Virus record (IMG/VR): IMGVR_UViG_3300025124_000003
Length of the DNA: 64,000 bases
From: an uncultured virus (IMG/VR IMGVR_UViG_3300025124_000003)
Lineage: Duplodnaviria > Heunggongvirae > Uroviricota > Caudoviricetes
Strand: one strand, 5' to 3'
The translations under genes and the position numbers were made by a program. Below the pieces are notes generated by a model. That model was given only the letters and a program-made list of their open reading frames with translations. It was not told where the DNA came from and made no database searches. Shown piece by piece: positions 18,210 through 27,819 of the stretch. Each line of letters begins with the position of its first letter. Positions within the stretch are counted from its first letter, which is position 1.

Positions 18210-19892
18210 ATGGCCCGATTAAATAACTTATATACAAAATATAAAAAAACAACACTTCATCCAATGTATGGTGATTGGACGATTGTTGATGTGAATGGTG
18301 ACGGTGATTATGTGTCGGTTACAGATGCATTTAATGATGGTAAATATGATTTATTTCTACAAGAAGGTGATCATTATTTAACTGAAAGTATATATTACGA
18401 CCTTGATACTATGGGTAACATTCCATTACGAATTCATGGAGTAACTAAAGCGACAACAAGACTTATATTGAATACTGCAAATGTTATGCATCAACTTGTA
18501 CCTTATACACAAACCGGATATACTTCAAATTATGATTACTCATTGGAAACGCCGGATTATTATGAATCGGTAAATAGTATAACAGTTATAAATGGTTCTG
18601 ATAAAGTTTACGCGGATAATTTTAATTGGAATACTCTGGCAACAGCTTATCCCTCAAAATATAGTATTAATGTCGGTGATTGTATAGTATTGAATAATAA
18701 TGAGTTTTATGAAATAATTTCAATTGATCCTGCTGGTGCATTTATTGTACTAAACAGGCATAATATTTCAGGTGATTTTATTAATCAAACTTATTGGATT
18801 ATATCCAAAGAGATCAAACTAAATCTTGAAAATATTACTATATTTGCTGATGCGTCAGTAATTGATACGTTTGAGGAATACAATACCGAATTTATTATAT
18901 TCCCGAGTGGGAGTTTAAATGGTATTGCAACGAATAGTTGGTGTGTAGGAGCAGGAATATCATGTGATATTAAATGCGTTGATTTTTATGGTGGCAATAC
19001 GGGTAACGGGGACGTTATCAGGTTTTCTTATGATGGAGTTGGGAGCATTTCAACTGTCAATAATTTTAATACATTATCAAAAGGGCGATTATATCTACCG
19101 GGGTTGTCAGCAACAAACTGTTATTTTGATGAAATTGAGCTTTATAATAACTCTACACTAATAAACTGTGTTATAGATGACAGTGATGATTTGTATATGT
19201 CTGATAGGTGTACACTTATAGGTTGTAGTTTACTTAACAGCAGAATACTTAATATTACTTCCACGTCTAGAGTAATAGGATGTAGAGATGTGAACGGTGA
19301 TGTTGAAGATGTAATGCCCTCACAGGGCAGGAAAACTGAATTGCTTGTTTTTACTGGTACCAATGGTGCGACTGTCGCAGATAAATTTGTTTTTGTTGAT
19401 AATTTCAAATCCCTATACCGTGCATACGAAAGTAATGAAGATATGATAACTTCTGTTGAAGTAATATATACACCAACAGGTGTTAGATATGAATATCAAT
19501 ATAATCAATTAGATTTCAGTAAAATAAAACGTTATTATGGTACATTCACTCAAGATGGTGTTACTGACCATACCATTTTTAATTTTGGTACTGATAATGT
19601 TCTTTTTAATAATGAAGTATTGTTATCCGATAATTTATCTGTGTGGCTTGTTTCATCTGGACAAACAACTACATCATTTATTATTGACACTAGTGATTTA
19701 GATCCTAACCAAGAAATGAGGTTAAATAATTCATGGACAATATTAAGCCCCTATTTATATGAGGGTAAATTTATTAATAATAGATCTATATACTTCCCTT
19801 ATGTGTATAACCCTGTATATAATCCATATTATACCTTTTATGTTCAAGCTCAGATAAGAGACAATATTTCAAGGTTTTGGTTAAGTTTATGA
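18210..19892 (+). CDS. Tailspike/fibre-like beta-helix protein, paralog 1
   Basis: CATAAATA at 18160; IVDVNGDGDYVSVTDA..LFLQEGDH beta-helix cap; NC/GC ladder. Confidence 0.65.
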   Translation: MARLNNLYTKYKKTTLHPMYGDWTIVDVNGDGDYVSVTDAFNDGKYDLFLQEGDHYLTESIYYDLDTMGNIPLRIHGVTKATTRLILNTANVMHQLVPYTQTGYTSNYDYSLETPDYYESVNSITVINGSDKVYADNFNWNTLATAYPSKYSINVGDCIVLNNNEFYEIISIDPAGAFIVLNRHNISGDFINQTYWIISKEIKLNLENITIFADASVIDTFEEYNTEFIIFPSGSLNGIATNSWCVGAGISCDIKCVDFYGGNTGNGDVIRFSYDGVGSISTVNNFNTLSKGRLYLPGLSATNCYFDEIELYNNSTLINCVIDDSDDLYMSDRCTLIGCSLLNSRILNITSTSRVIGCRDVNGDVEDVMPSQGRKTELLVFTGTNGATVADKFVFVDNFKSLYRAYESNEDMITSVEVIYTPTGVRYEYQYNQLDFSKIKRYYGTFTQDGVTDHTIFNFGTDNVLFNNEVLLSDNLSVWLVSSGQTTTSFIIDTSDLDPNQEMRLNNSWTILSPYLYEGKFINNRSIYFPYVYNPVYNPYYTFYVQAQIRDNISRFWLSL

Positions 19893-20055
19893 TCAATCAT
19901 TCACATGAAAGTAGGAGAACGTAATGACACAATTAAATAACTTATATACAAAATATAAAAAAACAACACTTCATCCAATGTATGGTGATTGGACGATTGT
20001 TGATGTGAATGGTGACGGTGATTATGTGTCGGTTACAGATGCATTTAATGATGGT
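18218..20055 (+). repeat. 124-bp identical direct repeat (18218-18341 and 19932-20055)
   Basis: The 5' ends of paralogs 1 and 2 are identical at the DNA level, then diverge abruptly. Confidence 0.9.
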
Positions 20056-21585
20056 CATTATAACTTATTTTTAACCACAGGTGATCATGTCATGACAGAT
20101 AGTATGCGTTATGACTTGTCAGTTCAAGGTGATATACCCCTTAGAATACATGGTGAGAGTAAATCAACGACAAAGTTGATATATACTAATGGTAATATTA
20201 TGTATAATATAATTCCTTATTTTACGGAAGATTTTGATAACGGTTATGATTATAACACAAACCCACCAAGTGGCGCAATAAAAGAAAGATTTATATCTTG
20301 TTCACTTGGTGATAACAAAGTTTATGCAAACAATTTTGATTGGATTTTGTTATCAGAAACAAGACCTTGTATACAAGTCGGAAGTTATATATCACTCACT
20401 TATTCACAATATTTCAGGATAAGGGAGATATCCGCTGATGGTAGTTACCTTGTAATTGATGGTCATAATGACTGCGAAGATATCATCAATTATGACTATT
20501 TCTTTATAACCAAAGAATTCAAACTAGAACTTTCTAACATCCACTTATATGCGGATCATCCAGAATTAATTGATACCTATGATTCTGGTAGACGAGATTT
20601 TATCAATCATGATAACAGAAGTAACGACTGGAATGTATCATGTCCCGTTGCATATAAAATAGATAATGTTGATGTCACAGGTGGTTATTTGCCTCTCACG
20701 GGTGGTTCTATCAACTTTTGTTATGATGGTATGGGTTCTGGTAGTACTATCAGAAATTTCAATACTCTTTCTGAGGATCTATCCCCTTATATATCAAGAG
20801 GTAAATTCTTTGATTGTTATTTTGAAGATATCGTATGTTATGGAAATTCAACTTTTATTAATTGCATCTTTGATGAAAATTTTTTTATTGATGATGGTAC
20901 AAACTTATCCTTAATTGGGTGTAGAGGTATAAAGTGTAAATTGTATAATTATGATAATAAGGTCAGATTCGTTGGATGTTTGGATGTTGATGGTAAAATT
21001 GATAGTATTATTCCCAGAAATGGTAGACTTACCGAAACTTTAACTTTTTCAGGAAGAACTATCGTTTCAACTAAAGATCGCTTTTATAAAGCAGGGCAGT
21101 TTATCTCGAATACCGGAGCATATGAAGCTACTCATGATCTTATAACAGCTATCGATGTGTATAATAGTGGAACAATACAACCATATCATGATATAAAGGG
21201 ATTTGATTTCTCTGGGATGAAACGGTATTATGGAATATTAACCCGTGATGGTCTTACGGATGACACTATTCTAACATCTGATCAGGGTAACATTTTACAT
21301 AATAATAATATAACACAAAGTGATAATATAGGTATGTTGTATCAAGGTCAATATGAGGGCGCTGTTAGTGAAACATTTTTAATTGAGTCTATAGATTATT
21401 ATAATATAAGGTTAAAAGATTCGTGGTCAATATTAGAACCTTTTATCTATGATGGTGTGTTAAAAGGATCTTCTCTATATTTTCCCTATGTATATGATGG
21501 TGGTTCGGTGAATAGATTCGGTAACGTTTATTATGTCCAAGTTCAACCAAAACCTCTCCATATACCAAGGATAGATTATTATTAA
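19924..21585 (+). CDS. Tailspike/fibre-like beta-helix protein, paralog 2
   Basis: Colinear with paralog 1 (ADNF/ANNF, FINC, RYYG, SW.IL.P, YFPY). Confidence 0.65.
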   Translation: MTQLNNLYTKYKKTTLHPMYGDWTIVDVNGDGDYVSVTDAFNDGHYNLFLTTGDHVMTDSMRYDLSVQGDIPLRIHGESKSTTKLIYTNGNIMYNIIPYFTEDFDNGYDYNTNPPSGAIKERFISCSLGDNKVYANNFDWILLSETRPCIQVGSYISLTYSQYFRIREISADGSYLVIDGHNDCEDIINYDYFFITKEFKLELSNIHLYADHPELIDTYDSGRRDFINHDNRSNDWNVSCPVAYKIDNVDVTGGYLPLTGGSINFCYDGMGSGSTIRNFNTLSEDLSPYISRGKFFDCYFEDIVCYGNSTFINCIFDENFFIDDGTNLSLIGCRGIKCKLYNYDNKVRFVGCLDVDGKIDSIIPRNGRLTETLTFSGRTIVSTKDRFYKAGQFISNTGAYEATHDLITAIDVYNSGTIQPYHDIKGFDFSGMKRYYGILTRDGLTDDTILTSDQGNILHNNNITQSDNIGMLYQGQYEGAVSETFLIESIDYYNIRLKDSWSILEPFIYDGVLKGSSLYFPYVYDGGSVNRFGNVYYVQVQPKPLHIPRIDYY

Positions 21586-21605
21586 TTATTTTCAAGGAGA
21601 TAATA

Positions 21606-23291
21606 ATGTCAGAATTAAATGATTTTTATATAAAAGACAAAAAAACAACACTTCACCCAATGACAGGGGAATGGAAGGTTGTTGATTTATCTGGTAAAGG
21701 GGATTACACTTCAATCAACGATGCATATGATGCCGGTGACTGGAATATTTTTCTGCGAGAAGGTAATCACGTGTTAACCAGAGATATACTTAGGGATATG
21801 AATAACAGACCAGATGACGTATTACGTATCCATGGTGTGAGTAGAAGTACAACGAAAGTTATTATTAATGACGGCGCTACTTTTCATAATATGAAAATTT
21901 ATTATGATAAGGATTATCAAAACTACTATGATTATTCTGTTAATCCTCCTACAATTATACAATCGGGTTATAAGACTATTTCCTGTAGTTTAGGTGGCGA
22001 TAGAGTTTATGCTGATAATTTTAATTGGAATACTCTTGCATCTGATGGTTTAACTTCACTTACACCTTATCGCATTGAAGTGGGTGATTACATAGAACTT
22101 GGTGAAGGAATAGTATATTTTAGAATACAATCCATTGATGAGTCTGGTACATTCTTGACCATAGAAGACCATAACGATGTTATTGATTTTGTTGAAGAAA
22201 TTGGTTGGAGAGTTTCAAAGAATTGTCGTATAGAATTTAAGAATTTCGCGATGACTGTTGATGGTCAAGAGATAATAAACCAGAATGTTGAATTTTTTTC
22301 TCACAGATCAAGTAGTATTACGTTAAATCAATGGAATTATTATGTGTCAATGTCATATAATCTTGATACTTTTGATTTTTATGGAGGGGATTTTAATGAA
22401 TTTGCCACAACAGGAAGAGGTGCTGGTAGCCAAGCCATTAATTGTAATTTTATGAGTTTAAATGGAGTTTATATTGCCAAACTCTATGCAATTGGATGTT
22501 ATTTTGATATTGGGTATATGTATAGTAATAATGTCTTTGTTGATTGTGTTTTTGATAAAGGTGATATTATTGTATCGAAAAATTGTAAACTTATTAACTG
22601 TACAAATCTCAACGGAAGAATTGTAAATAACCAAAACTATGACGCTAGAATTATGGGGTGTGAGGATTTTTATGGTCCCGTTGATGATGTTATGCCTTTG
22701 GATGGTTATATTACAGAATCTTTGTATTTTCAGGGAAGAGATATATCGCCCTCTTCTTATGTATATGCCTATCAAGATATTGGATCTTTTATTTCATCCG
22801 GTATAGGGGTCGCACCTTTGTATGAATCTGATGTTGATGTTATTACATCAATTCAAGTTTATGATGGTGGCGAAGGTTTGACATTATTATCAGAAGATAT
22901 GAATTATATCGATTTGTCAAAAATAAAAAAATATTACGGAATTCTGATACAGGATGGGACAACAGATCACACTATATTATCAGCGGATGAAACTTTAATA
23001 ACAACACCGATTGTTGACACTGATAATATGACTGTTAGGTTTAAAATTGATAGCAGTTCATCTGTTGATAATTTGTTTGTTATAGATAATGTATCATTAA
23101 ATTCAAACGAAATCAGGATTCGTGATTCTTGGTCGATACTAAGTCCATATATTAATGGAGATGGTTATCTGGTCGGAGCAGCACTCCATTTTAATTATGC
23201 GCACTATACGACTTCTGGTGATTATACAACAAAATTTTATCGTATACAGATTCAAGCAAAAGACATTTCGCATAGAATTAATGTGACTTAA
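21606..23291 (+). CDS. Tailspike/fibre-like beta-helix protein, paralog 3
   Basis: KKTTLHPM.GEW.VVD..GKGDYTSI.DA; same downstream motifs. Confidence 0.65.
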   Translation: MSELNDFYIKDKKTTLHPMTGEWKVVDLSGKGDYTSINDAYDAGDWNIFLREGNHVLTRDILRDMNNRPDDVLRIHGVSRSTTKVIINDGATFHNMKIYYDKDYQNYYDYSVNPPTIIQSGYKTISCSLGGDRVYADNFNWNTLASDGLTSLTPYRIEVGDYIELGEGIVYFRIQSIDESGTFLTIEDHNDVIDFVEEIGWRVSKNCRIEFKNFAMTVDGQEIINQNVEFFSHRSSSITLNQWNYYVSMSYNLDTFDFYGGDFNEFATTGRGAGSQAINCNFMSLNGVYIAKLYAIGCYFDIGYMYSNNVFVDCVFDKGDIIVSKNCKLINCTNLNGRIVNNQNYDARIMGCEDFYGPVDDVMPLDGYITESLYFQGRDISPSSYVYAYQDIGSFISSGIGVAPLYESDVDVITSIQVYDGGEGLTLLSEDMNYIDLSKIKKYYGILIQDGTTDHTILSADETLITTPIVDTDNMTVRFKIDSSSSVDNLFVIDNVSLNSNEIRIRDSWSILSPYINGDGYLVGAALHFNYAHYTTSGDYTTKFYRIQIQAKDISHRINVT

Positions 23292-23323
23292 AAAATAAAA
23301 AAAAGAGAGAGAAAAGGATATTT

Positions 23324-23956
23324 ATGTCAAAAAGCATTAAAGATATTGTTAGTAGTTGGGCTAAAGACCCATCCAGTTCTATTGAACTAAATCGAGAAGA
23401 GTATAACATTGTTGCTAAAGAATATGATATGTATTTAATTAAAGAACTTGGATACACGGCTTGGAGAAAATGGGTTCGTCACGTTAGAGGTCATTTTGCA
23501 CGTGATATGTCAGTACTGGATGTTTGTTGTGGAACGGGTCTAGTCGGAACTACTTTATTACAGAATGGTTTCACTAATATTCATGGTGTTGATTTAAGTC
23601 AACGGATGTTGGATATAGCTAAAAGTAAAAATATCTATAAAACTTTAACCCGGCATGATATGAACAAACCATTTCTGTCCAATGGAACCTTTGATCTTGT
23701 CACTTGTATCGGATCATTAACATATTTTGATAGTAAGGGGATATTAGAGAATATATTTTCGCTTACTAATCCTAAAGGTGTTATTGTTTTATCTCATAGA
23801 TCAGATATGTATGAATCTCAGGGGTATGAAAGGTATTTAAATAACCACAGCAAAGTTAAAGTTATCAAAGTAACCAAGGATTTTCCTTATTTGCCCGGTG
23901 ACCCTGATTATGGAGATGATATCAAAGTTAAATTTATTATTCTCGAAAAGTTATAA
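23324..23956 (+). CDS. Class I SAM-dependent methyltransferase
   Basis: VLDVCCGTG, GVDLSQRML, FDLVTC. Confidence 0.9.
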   Translation: MSKSIKDIVSSWAKDPSSSIELNREEYNIVAKEYDMYLIKELGYTAWRKWVRHVRGHFARDMSVLDVCCGTGLVGTTLLQNGFTNIHGVDLSQRMLDIAKSKNIYKTLTRHDMNKPFLSNGTFDLVTCIGSLTYFDSKGILENIFSLTNPKGVIVLSHRSDMYESQGYERYLNNHSKVKVIKVTKDFPYLPGDPDYGDDIKVKFIILEKL

Positions 23957-23976
23957 TAAAAAGAGGTTTTATAAAT

Positions 23977-24225
23977 GTGAAAAGAAAATTTTGGTTTAAA
24001 AAAAGATTCAGAATAATTGAAGGGTATCAGTATACCATTAAAATGTCTATTGGAACAAAAACCTTCATGAAACAATATTTTTTACTTAAACGTGAATTTG
24101 ATATGGATTACGTTCATGATTATAGTATTTCCGAAACAACCATGAATTTCGAAAAAGTTCAATTTTGGTCGGATTCGTTTGGGCTGTCCATACCAACTAA
24201 ACATAGTTTTGATTTAATCAAATGA
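23977..24225 (+). CDS. Hypothetical protein
   Basis: GTG start after GAGG. Confidence 0.45.
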   Translation: MKRKFWFKKRFRIIEGYQYTIKMSIGTKTFMKQYFLLKREFDMDYVHDYSISETTMNFEKVQFWSDSFGLSIPTKHSFDLIK

Positions 24226-24567
24226 CACTTGTACACAGCTTTATACGTAACGTGATACGGTGGTCTCATTGTCTCACCGCCCAAAAAATCTTGACATTTA
24301 TGTATCGTTTTGGTATTCTTTTTTTACATCAAACATAACACTATGAAAGGTTTCTTCTATGATTAATTCTGAGATTATCAATTCATTCAAAGAAAAATAT
24401 GGCAAAGATGTTATCATTCGAGTATTTGGTATGAACACCGTTTATATTAAATCAGGAGATACCATTATTCATAAAAATATTATGAACTATAATTTTCAAT
24501 ACAAAAATAAAATAAATTAGGAAGCGGTTTATTAAATGTTTTACTCATAGATCGCAATTATTATTCA

Positions 24568-25506
24568 ATGATAAAGATTTTAGTTACAGGAGCAGCAGGT
24601 TTCATTGGATCACATTTATGTGATAGATTGGTTAATCTTAAGTATCATGTTATAGGTGTTGATAATTTTTCTACAGGATGTAGAGAGAATATCCAACAAT
24701 TATTCAATAAATCAAATTTTGATTTTTATTTTAAAGATTTGACCACAGAATTTTATTTAGAACCAGTCGATATCATTGTTCATTTGGCATCAAGTATAGG
24801 TCAAATGATGCAACATCAAGACCCCGCTAAACATATGATTAATGATGAGATTATTAATCAGTCAATATTAGAGAAAGCCAAGAAATATAATTCTAAATTG
24901 ATATTTTCCAGTACGTCAGAAGTTTATGGTAAATCTAACAAAATTCCGATGTTTGAATGTGATGATATTGTATTTGGAACCTCAGAAAAATGTCGATGGG
25001 GGTATGCCACTAATAAATTATTGATGGAACAGATGATGTTTAGTAACAAAAATGTTCATGATTTAAGGATATCCATTGTCAGGTTATTTAATATTATCGG
25101 AAAGAGGCAAACCGGTAAATATGGTATGGTTGTCCCTCGATTTATCAAACAATCATTATCAGGAGAAAATCTGACTATATTTGGTACAGGTGAACAAACC
25201 AGATCTTTTACTTATATTAATGATTGTATTGATGCGTTAATGTTTATGATTAAAGATTCTAGAACAGACGGTCAATTATTCAACATCGGAAATAACGAGG
25301 AAATATCTATCAATGAACTTGCTGATCGGGTTATTAGTATCACAAAAAGTTCATCAGGTAAAGAATATTTTACATATGAACAAGCTTATAACAAAATGTA
25401 TGAAGATACTTTGAGGCGTGTTCCTGATATAACAAAGATTAAGAATTTAGTCGGGTGGTCACCTTCAACAACTATAGATGAATCTTTGGCTAAGATGATT
25501 GTATGA
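24568..25506 (+). CDS. NAD-dependent nucleotide-sugar epimerase/dehydratase (extended SDR)
   Basis: TGAAGFIGSH, HLA, SSTSEVYG, YATNK (YxxxK), RLFN, RSFTY. Confidence 0.92.
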   Translation: MIKILVTGAAGFIGSHLCDRLVNLKYHVIGVDNFSTGCRENIQQLFNKSNFDFYFKDLTTEFYLEPVDIIVHLASSIGQMMQHQDPAKHMINDEIINQSILEKAKKYNSKLIFSSTSEVYGKSNKIPMFECDDIVFGTSEKCRWGYATNKLLMEQMMFSNKNVHDLRISIVRLFNIIGKRQTGKYGMVVPRFIKQSLSGENLTIFGTGEQTRSFTYINDCIDALMFMIKDSRTDGQLFNIGNNEEISINELADRVISITKSSSGKEYFTYEQAYNKMYEDTLRRVPDITKIKNLVGWSPSTTIDESLAKMIV

Positions 25507-25747
25507 CATGCGACGAAGTTGTTAACCTTTTAGATGTTATTGGGTTCGTTACAGGAATGTACGGTTCCTGTTGCAAAGCATGATAAGTTTTATTACTTTT
25601 CAAGTAACGGTTAGGATCATTCATGCATCTTATCTTTCCGAGGAAGATACTAAAAAGATGCTTTGTTATTGGAAATAATATAAAAACAACGCTTTGGAAA
25701 AATTTTATAAAAATAATCTACCAGAAGACTTATTTGAAATTCAATAG
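25503..25747 (+). pseudogene. Degraded small gene
   Basis: ATGA-coupled start MTCDEVV, apparent frameshift and an internal TAA, ending in LPEDLFEIQ, similar to the ILSEDLFRI ending of the 51305 gene. Confidence 0.4.
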
Positions 25748-26454
25748 TCACAGAAAATGCTCTCCAAGAAGTATGGATCATTCCTATCAAATTTCCAATG
25801 AATGTCTAATCTATTTCCTGTAAAATTTTGTCCACCGACATTATGTATAATAGGGTTATCTATATAAAGATTCTGTCCCGCAGCATTTGATTTTGACAAA
25901 TTCCAAAATTCCAATGTTATTCCTAATCGTAGAGTATTCTCATCAATGATGGCATTTATCGGTAAATTATCAACACTTGATAAAATACCACTTGTTCCAT
26001 AATCACTTACACCCATTTTAATATAACCACTGGATAGATTTTCTGTATTCAAAGGAATGCCATGATTTGGCACAATAATATCAATTGTCGTAATATTATC
26101 AACCGGAATAATATCATCAATATTGGTATAAATTCTTCCGCAATGACTTAAATCAATCCATTTTAAATTGGGGTGTCCACCTGCATAAAAGTTATATGTG
26201 GTAGGTACACCTGTTACACTATCATATGATTCTATTCGAGTGATTGTACAATGTCTTGAATCAAAGACTTTTGCATCCGCCGCTCCAGCCGTAATTAAAT
26301 CTCTTATATATGCATTCATGTATATATCTACAAAACAAGGCGAACCGGCTGTTGATCCACTAAAATCTAAGAGCGTTGTGCTTTTTATATCATATTCAAA
26401 CGTGTTGTCATCATATTTGGGTATCTTTCCATAAAAATCTGTTAATATTGCCAT
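25741..26454 (-). CDS. Short member of the tailspike-like family (C-terminal domain only)
   Basis: TATAAATA at 26494-26501 (minus). MAILTDFY resembles MSELNDFY; ITRIESYD..TG..IDLS..RIY resembles ITSIQVYD..IDLSKIKKYY. Confidence 0.55.
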   Translation of the reverse strand: MAILTDFYGKIPKYDDNTFEYDIKSTTLLDFSGSTAGSPCFVDIYMNAYIRDLITAGAADAKVFDSRHCTITRIESYDSVTGVPTTYNFYAGGHPNLKWIDLSHCGRIYTNIDDIIPVDNITTIDIIVPNHGIPLNTENLSSGYIKMGVSDYGTSGILSSVDNLPINAIIDENTLRLGITLEFWNLSKSNAAGQNLYIDNPIIHNVGGQNFTGNRLDIHWKFDRNDPYFLESIFCDY

Positions 26455-26627
26455 TATATTAAAATCCTCCGTAATGATTCTATCAGGTACAAGTATTTAT
26501 ATTATTTATTCATCCCCCGACAAAACATCATTTTTTTAGATTTAACAACGATGAAACGATGTTGACATAGAATTCTATATACCATATACTAATTAATATT
26601 GGACTATAAACAGGAGATCTTTTTATA

Positions 26628-27359
26628 TTGAACCTGATACAAAACCCTGTCACACTTATACATGGAGACTGTCTGGACGTCATGAAAAACATACCAGATA
26701 AATCTATTGATCTGATCTTAACAGACCTACCCTATGGAGTTACAGCCTGTAAATGGGATTCAGTCATTGATATAGAACACATGTGGACTCAATATAAACG
26801 TATCATTATGGATGATGGTAATATTGTACTAACCGCCACACAACCATTTTCTTCTCACCTTGTCATGTCAAATCCTGAATGGTTCAAATATGAATGGATA
26901 TGGGAAAACCCCCAAGGTATGAATCCTCTATTAGCAAAACACCAACCCATGAAAAACCATGAACAAATATTAGTATTTTCTAAAAAAAGAGGACGGTATT
27001 TTCCCCAAATGGAAAAAGGCGACCCTTACAAATCATTCATGGCTCAAGATGATGCAACCATTGGTGAAGTTTACGGATCTGGTAAATCTCAACATAAAGA
27101 AAACAACGGAATCAGATACCCAAAATCCGTCAAAAAGTTCAAACAAGATCGTAAAGGTTTTCACCCAACACAAAAACCTCTTGAGCTTATGAAATACCTC
27201 ATAAAAACATACACACTAGAACAACAAACCGTTTTAGACTCAACAATGGGGAGTGGAACAACAGGTCTTGCTTGTAAACACCTTAATCGTAAATTCATAG
27301 GAATTGAACTTGACGAAACCTATTTCAATACAGCCAAAGAAAGAATTCAAAATAAATGA
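26628..27359 (+). CDS. N4/N6 DNA methyltransferase (beta class)
   Basis: GDCLDVMK, TDLPYG (DPPY-like), HPTQKP, VLDSTMGSGTT, FIGIE. Confidence 0.93.
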   Translation: MNLIQNPVTLIHGDCLDVMKNIPDKSIDLILTDLPYGVTACKWDSVIDIEHMWTQYKRIIMDDGNIVLTATQPFSSHLVMSNPEWFKYEWIWENPQGMNPLLAKHQPMKNHEQILVFSKKRGRYFPQMEKGDPYKSFMAQDDATIGEVYGSGKSQHKENNGIRYPKSVKKFKQDRKGFHPTQKPLELMKYLIKTYTLEQQTVLDSTMGSGTTGLACKHLNRKFIGIELDETYFNTAKERIQNK

Positions 27360-27604
27360 ACATAATAAATGAACACAAACCAACTTGTAACATTCTCAAA
27401 AACAAAACAGGATCTCTATATCCTCACCTGCCTTGCAACTGCGGCATAGAAGCCAAGACAAAAAGAATAGAATCCGTGGCACCAGAAATGTACGAGCAAC
27501 TTCACGAGGTACTCAACTGGATGGAATATTTGGATTCACTTGGTGTCTCAAATGATGATCTGTATTCCAGTATCGACTGTATCTTAAAAGAAGTAAAAGG
27601 TTAA
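27356..27604 (+). CDS. Hypothetical protein
   Basis: ATGA-coupled ORF. Confidence 0.55.
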   Translation: MNIINEHKPTCNILKNKTGSLYPHLPCNCGIEAKTKRIESVAPEMYEQLHEVLNWMEYLDSLGVSNDDLYSSIDCILKEVKG

Positions 27605-27626
27605 TATCAACAAAAAGAGGGATCTT

Positions 27627-27776
27627 CTATACAGACGATATATGTTCATCATACAACTCCTTAATATACCTCCGTACCATATCAGGTAATTTAACCCTCT
27701 TCGCTAACTCCTTCGTCATCTTTAACTCTTCCTCATTCATCCTTATCGGATAAGTTTTATCCCGGTTCTCACCCAT
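27627..27776 (-). CDS. 49-aa ribbon-helix-helix-like DNA-binding protein
   Basis: Below the ORF-track cutoff. MGENRDKTYPIRMNEEELKMTKELAKRVKLPDMVRRYIKELYDEHISSV; AGGAG SD; TATAAATA at 27808-27815 (minus). Confidence 0.7.
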   Translation of the reverse strand: MGENRDKTYPIRMNEEELKMTKELAKRVKLPDMVRRYIKELYDEHISSV

Positions 27777-27819
27777 AATAAAATCTCCTTTTGTTCCAAT
27801 CTATACCTATTTATATAAA

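Noticed and set aside
18218..20055. Diversity-generating retroelement TR/VR pair
   Set aside because: The copies are identical with no adenine-specific differences, lie at gene 5' ends, and no reverse transcriptase is in the window.
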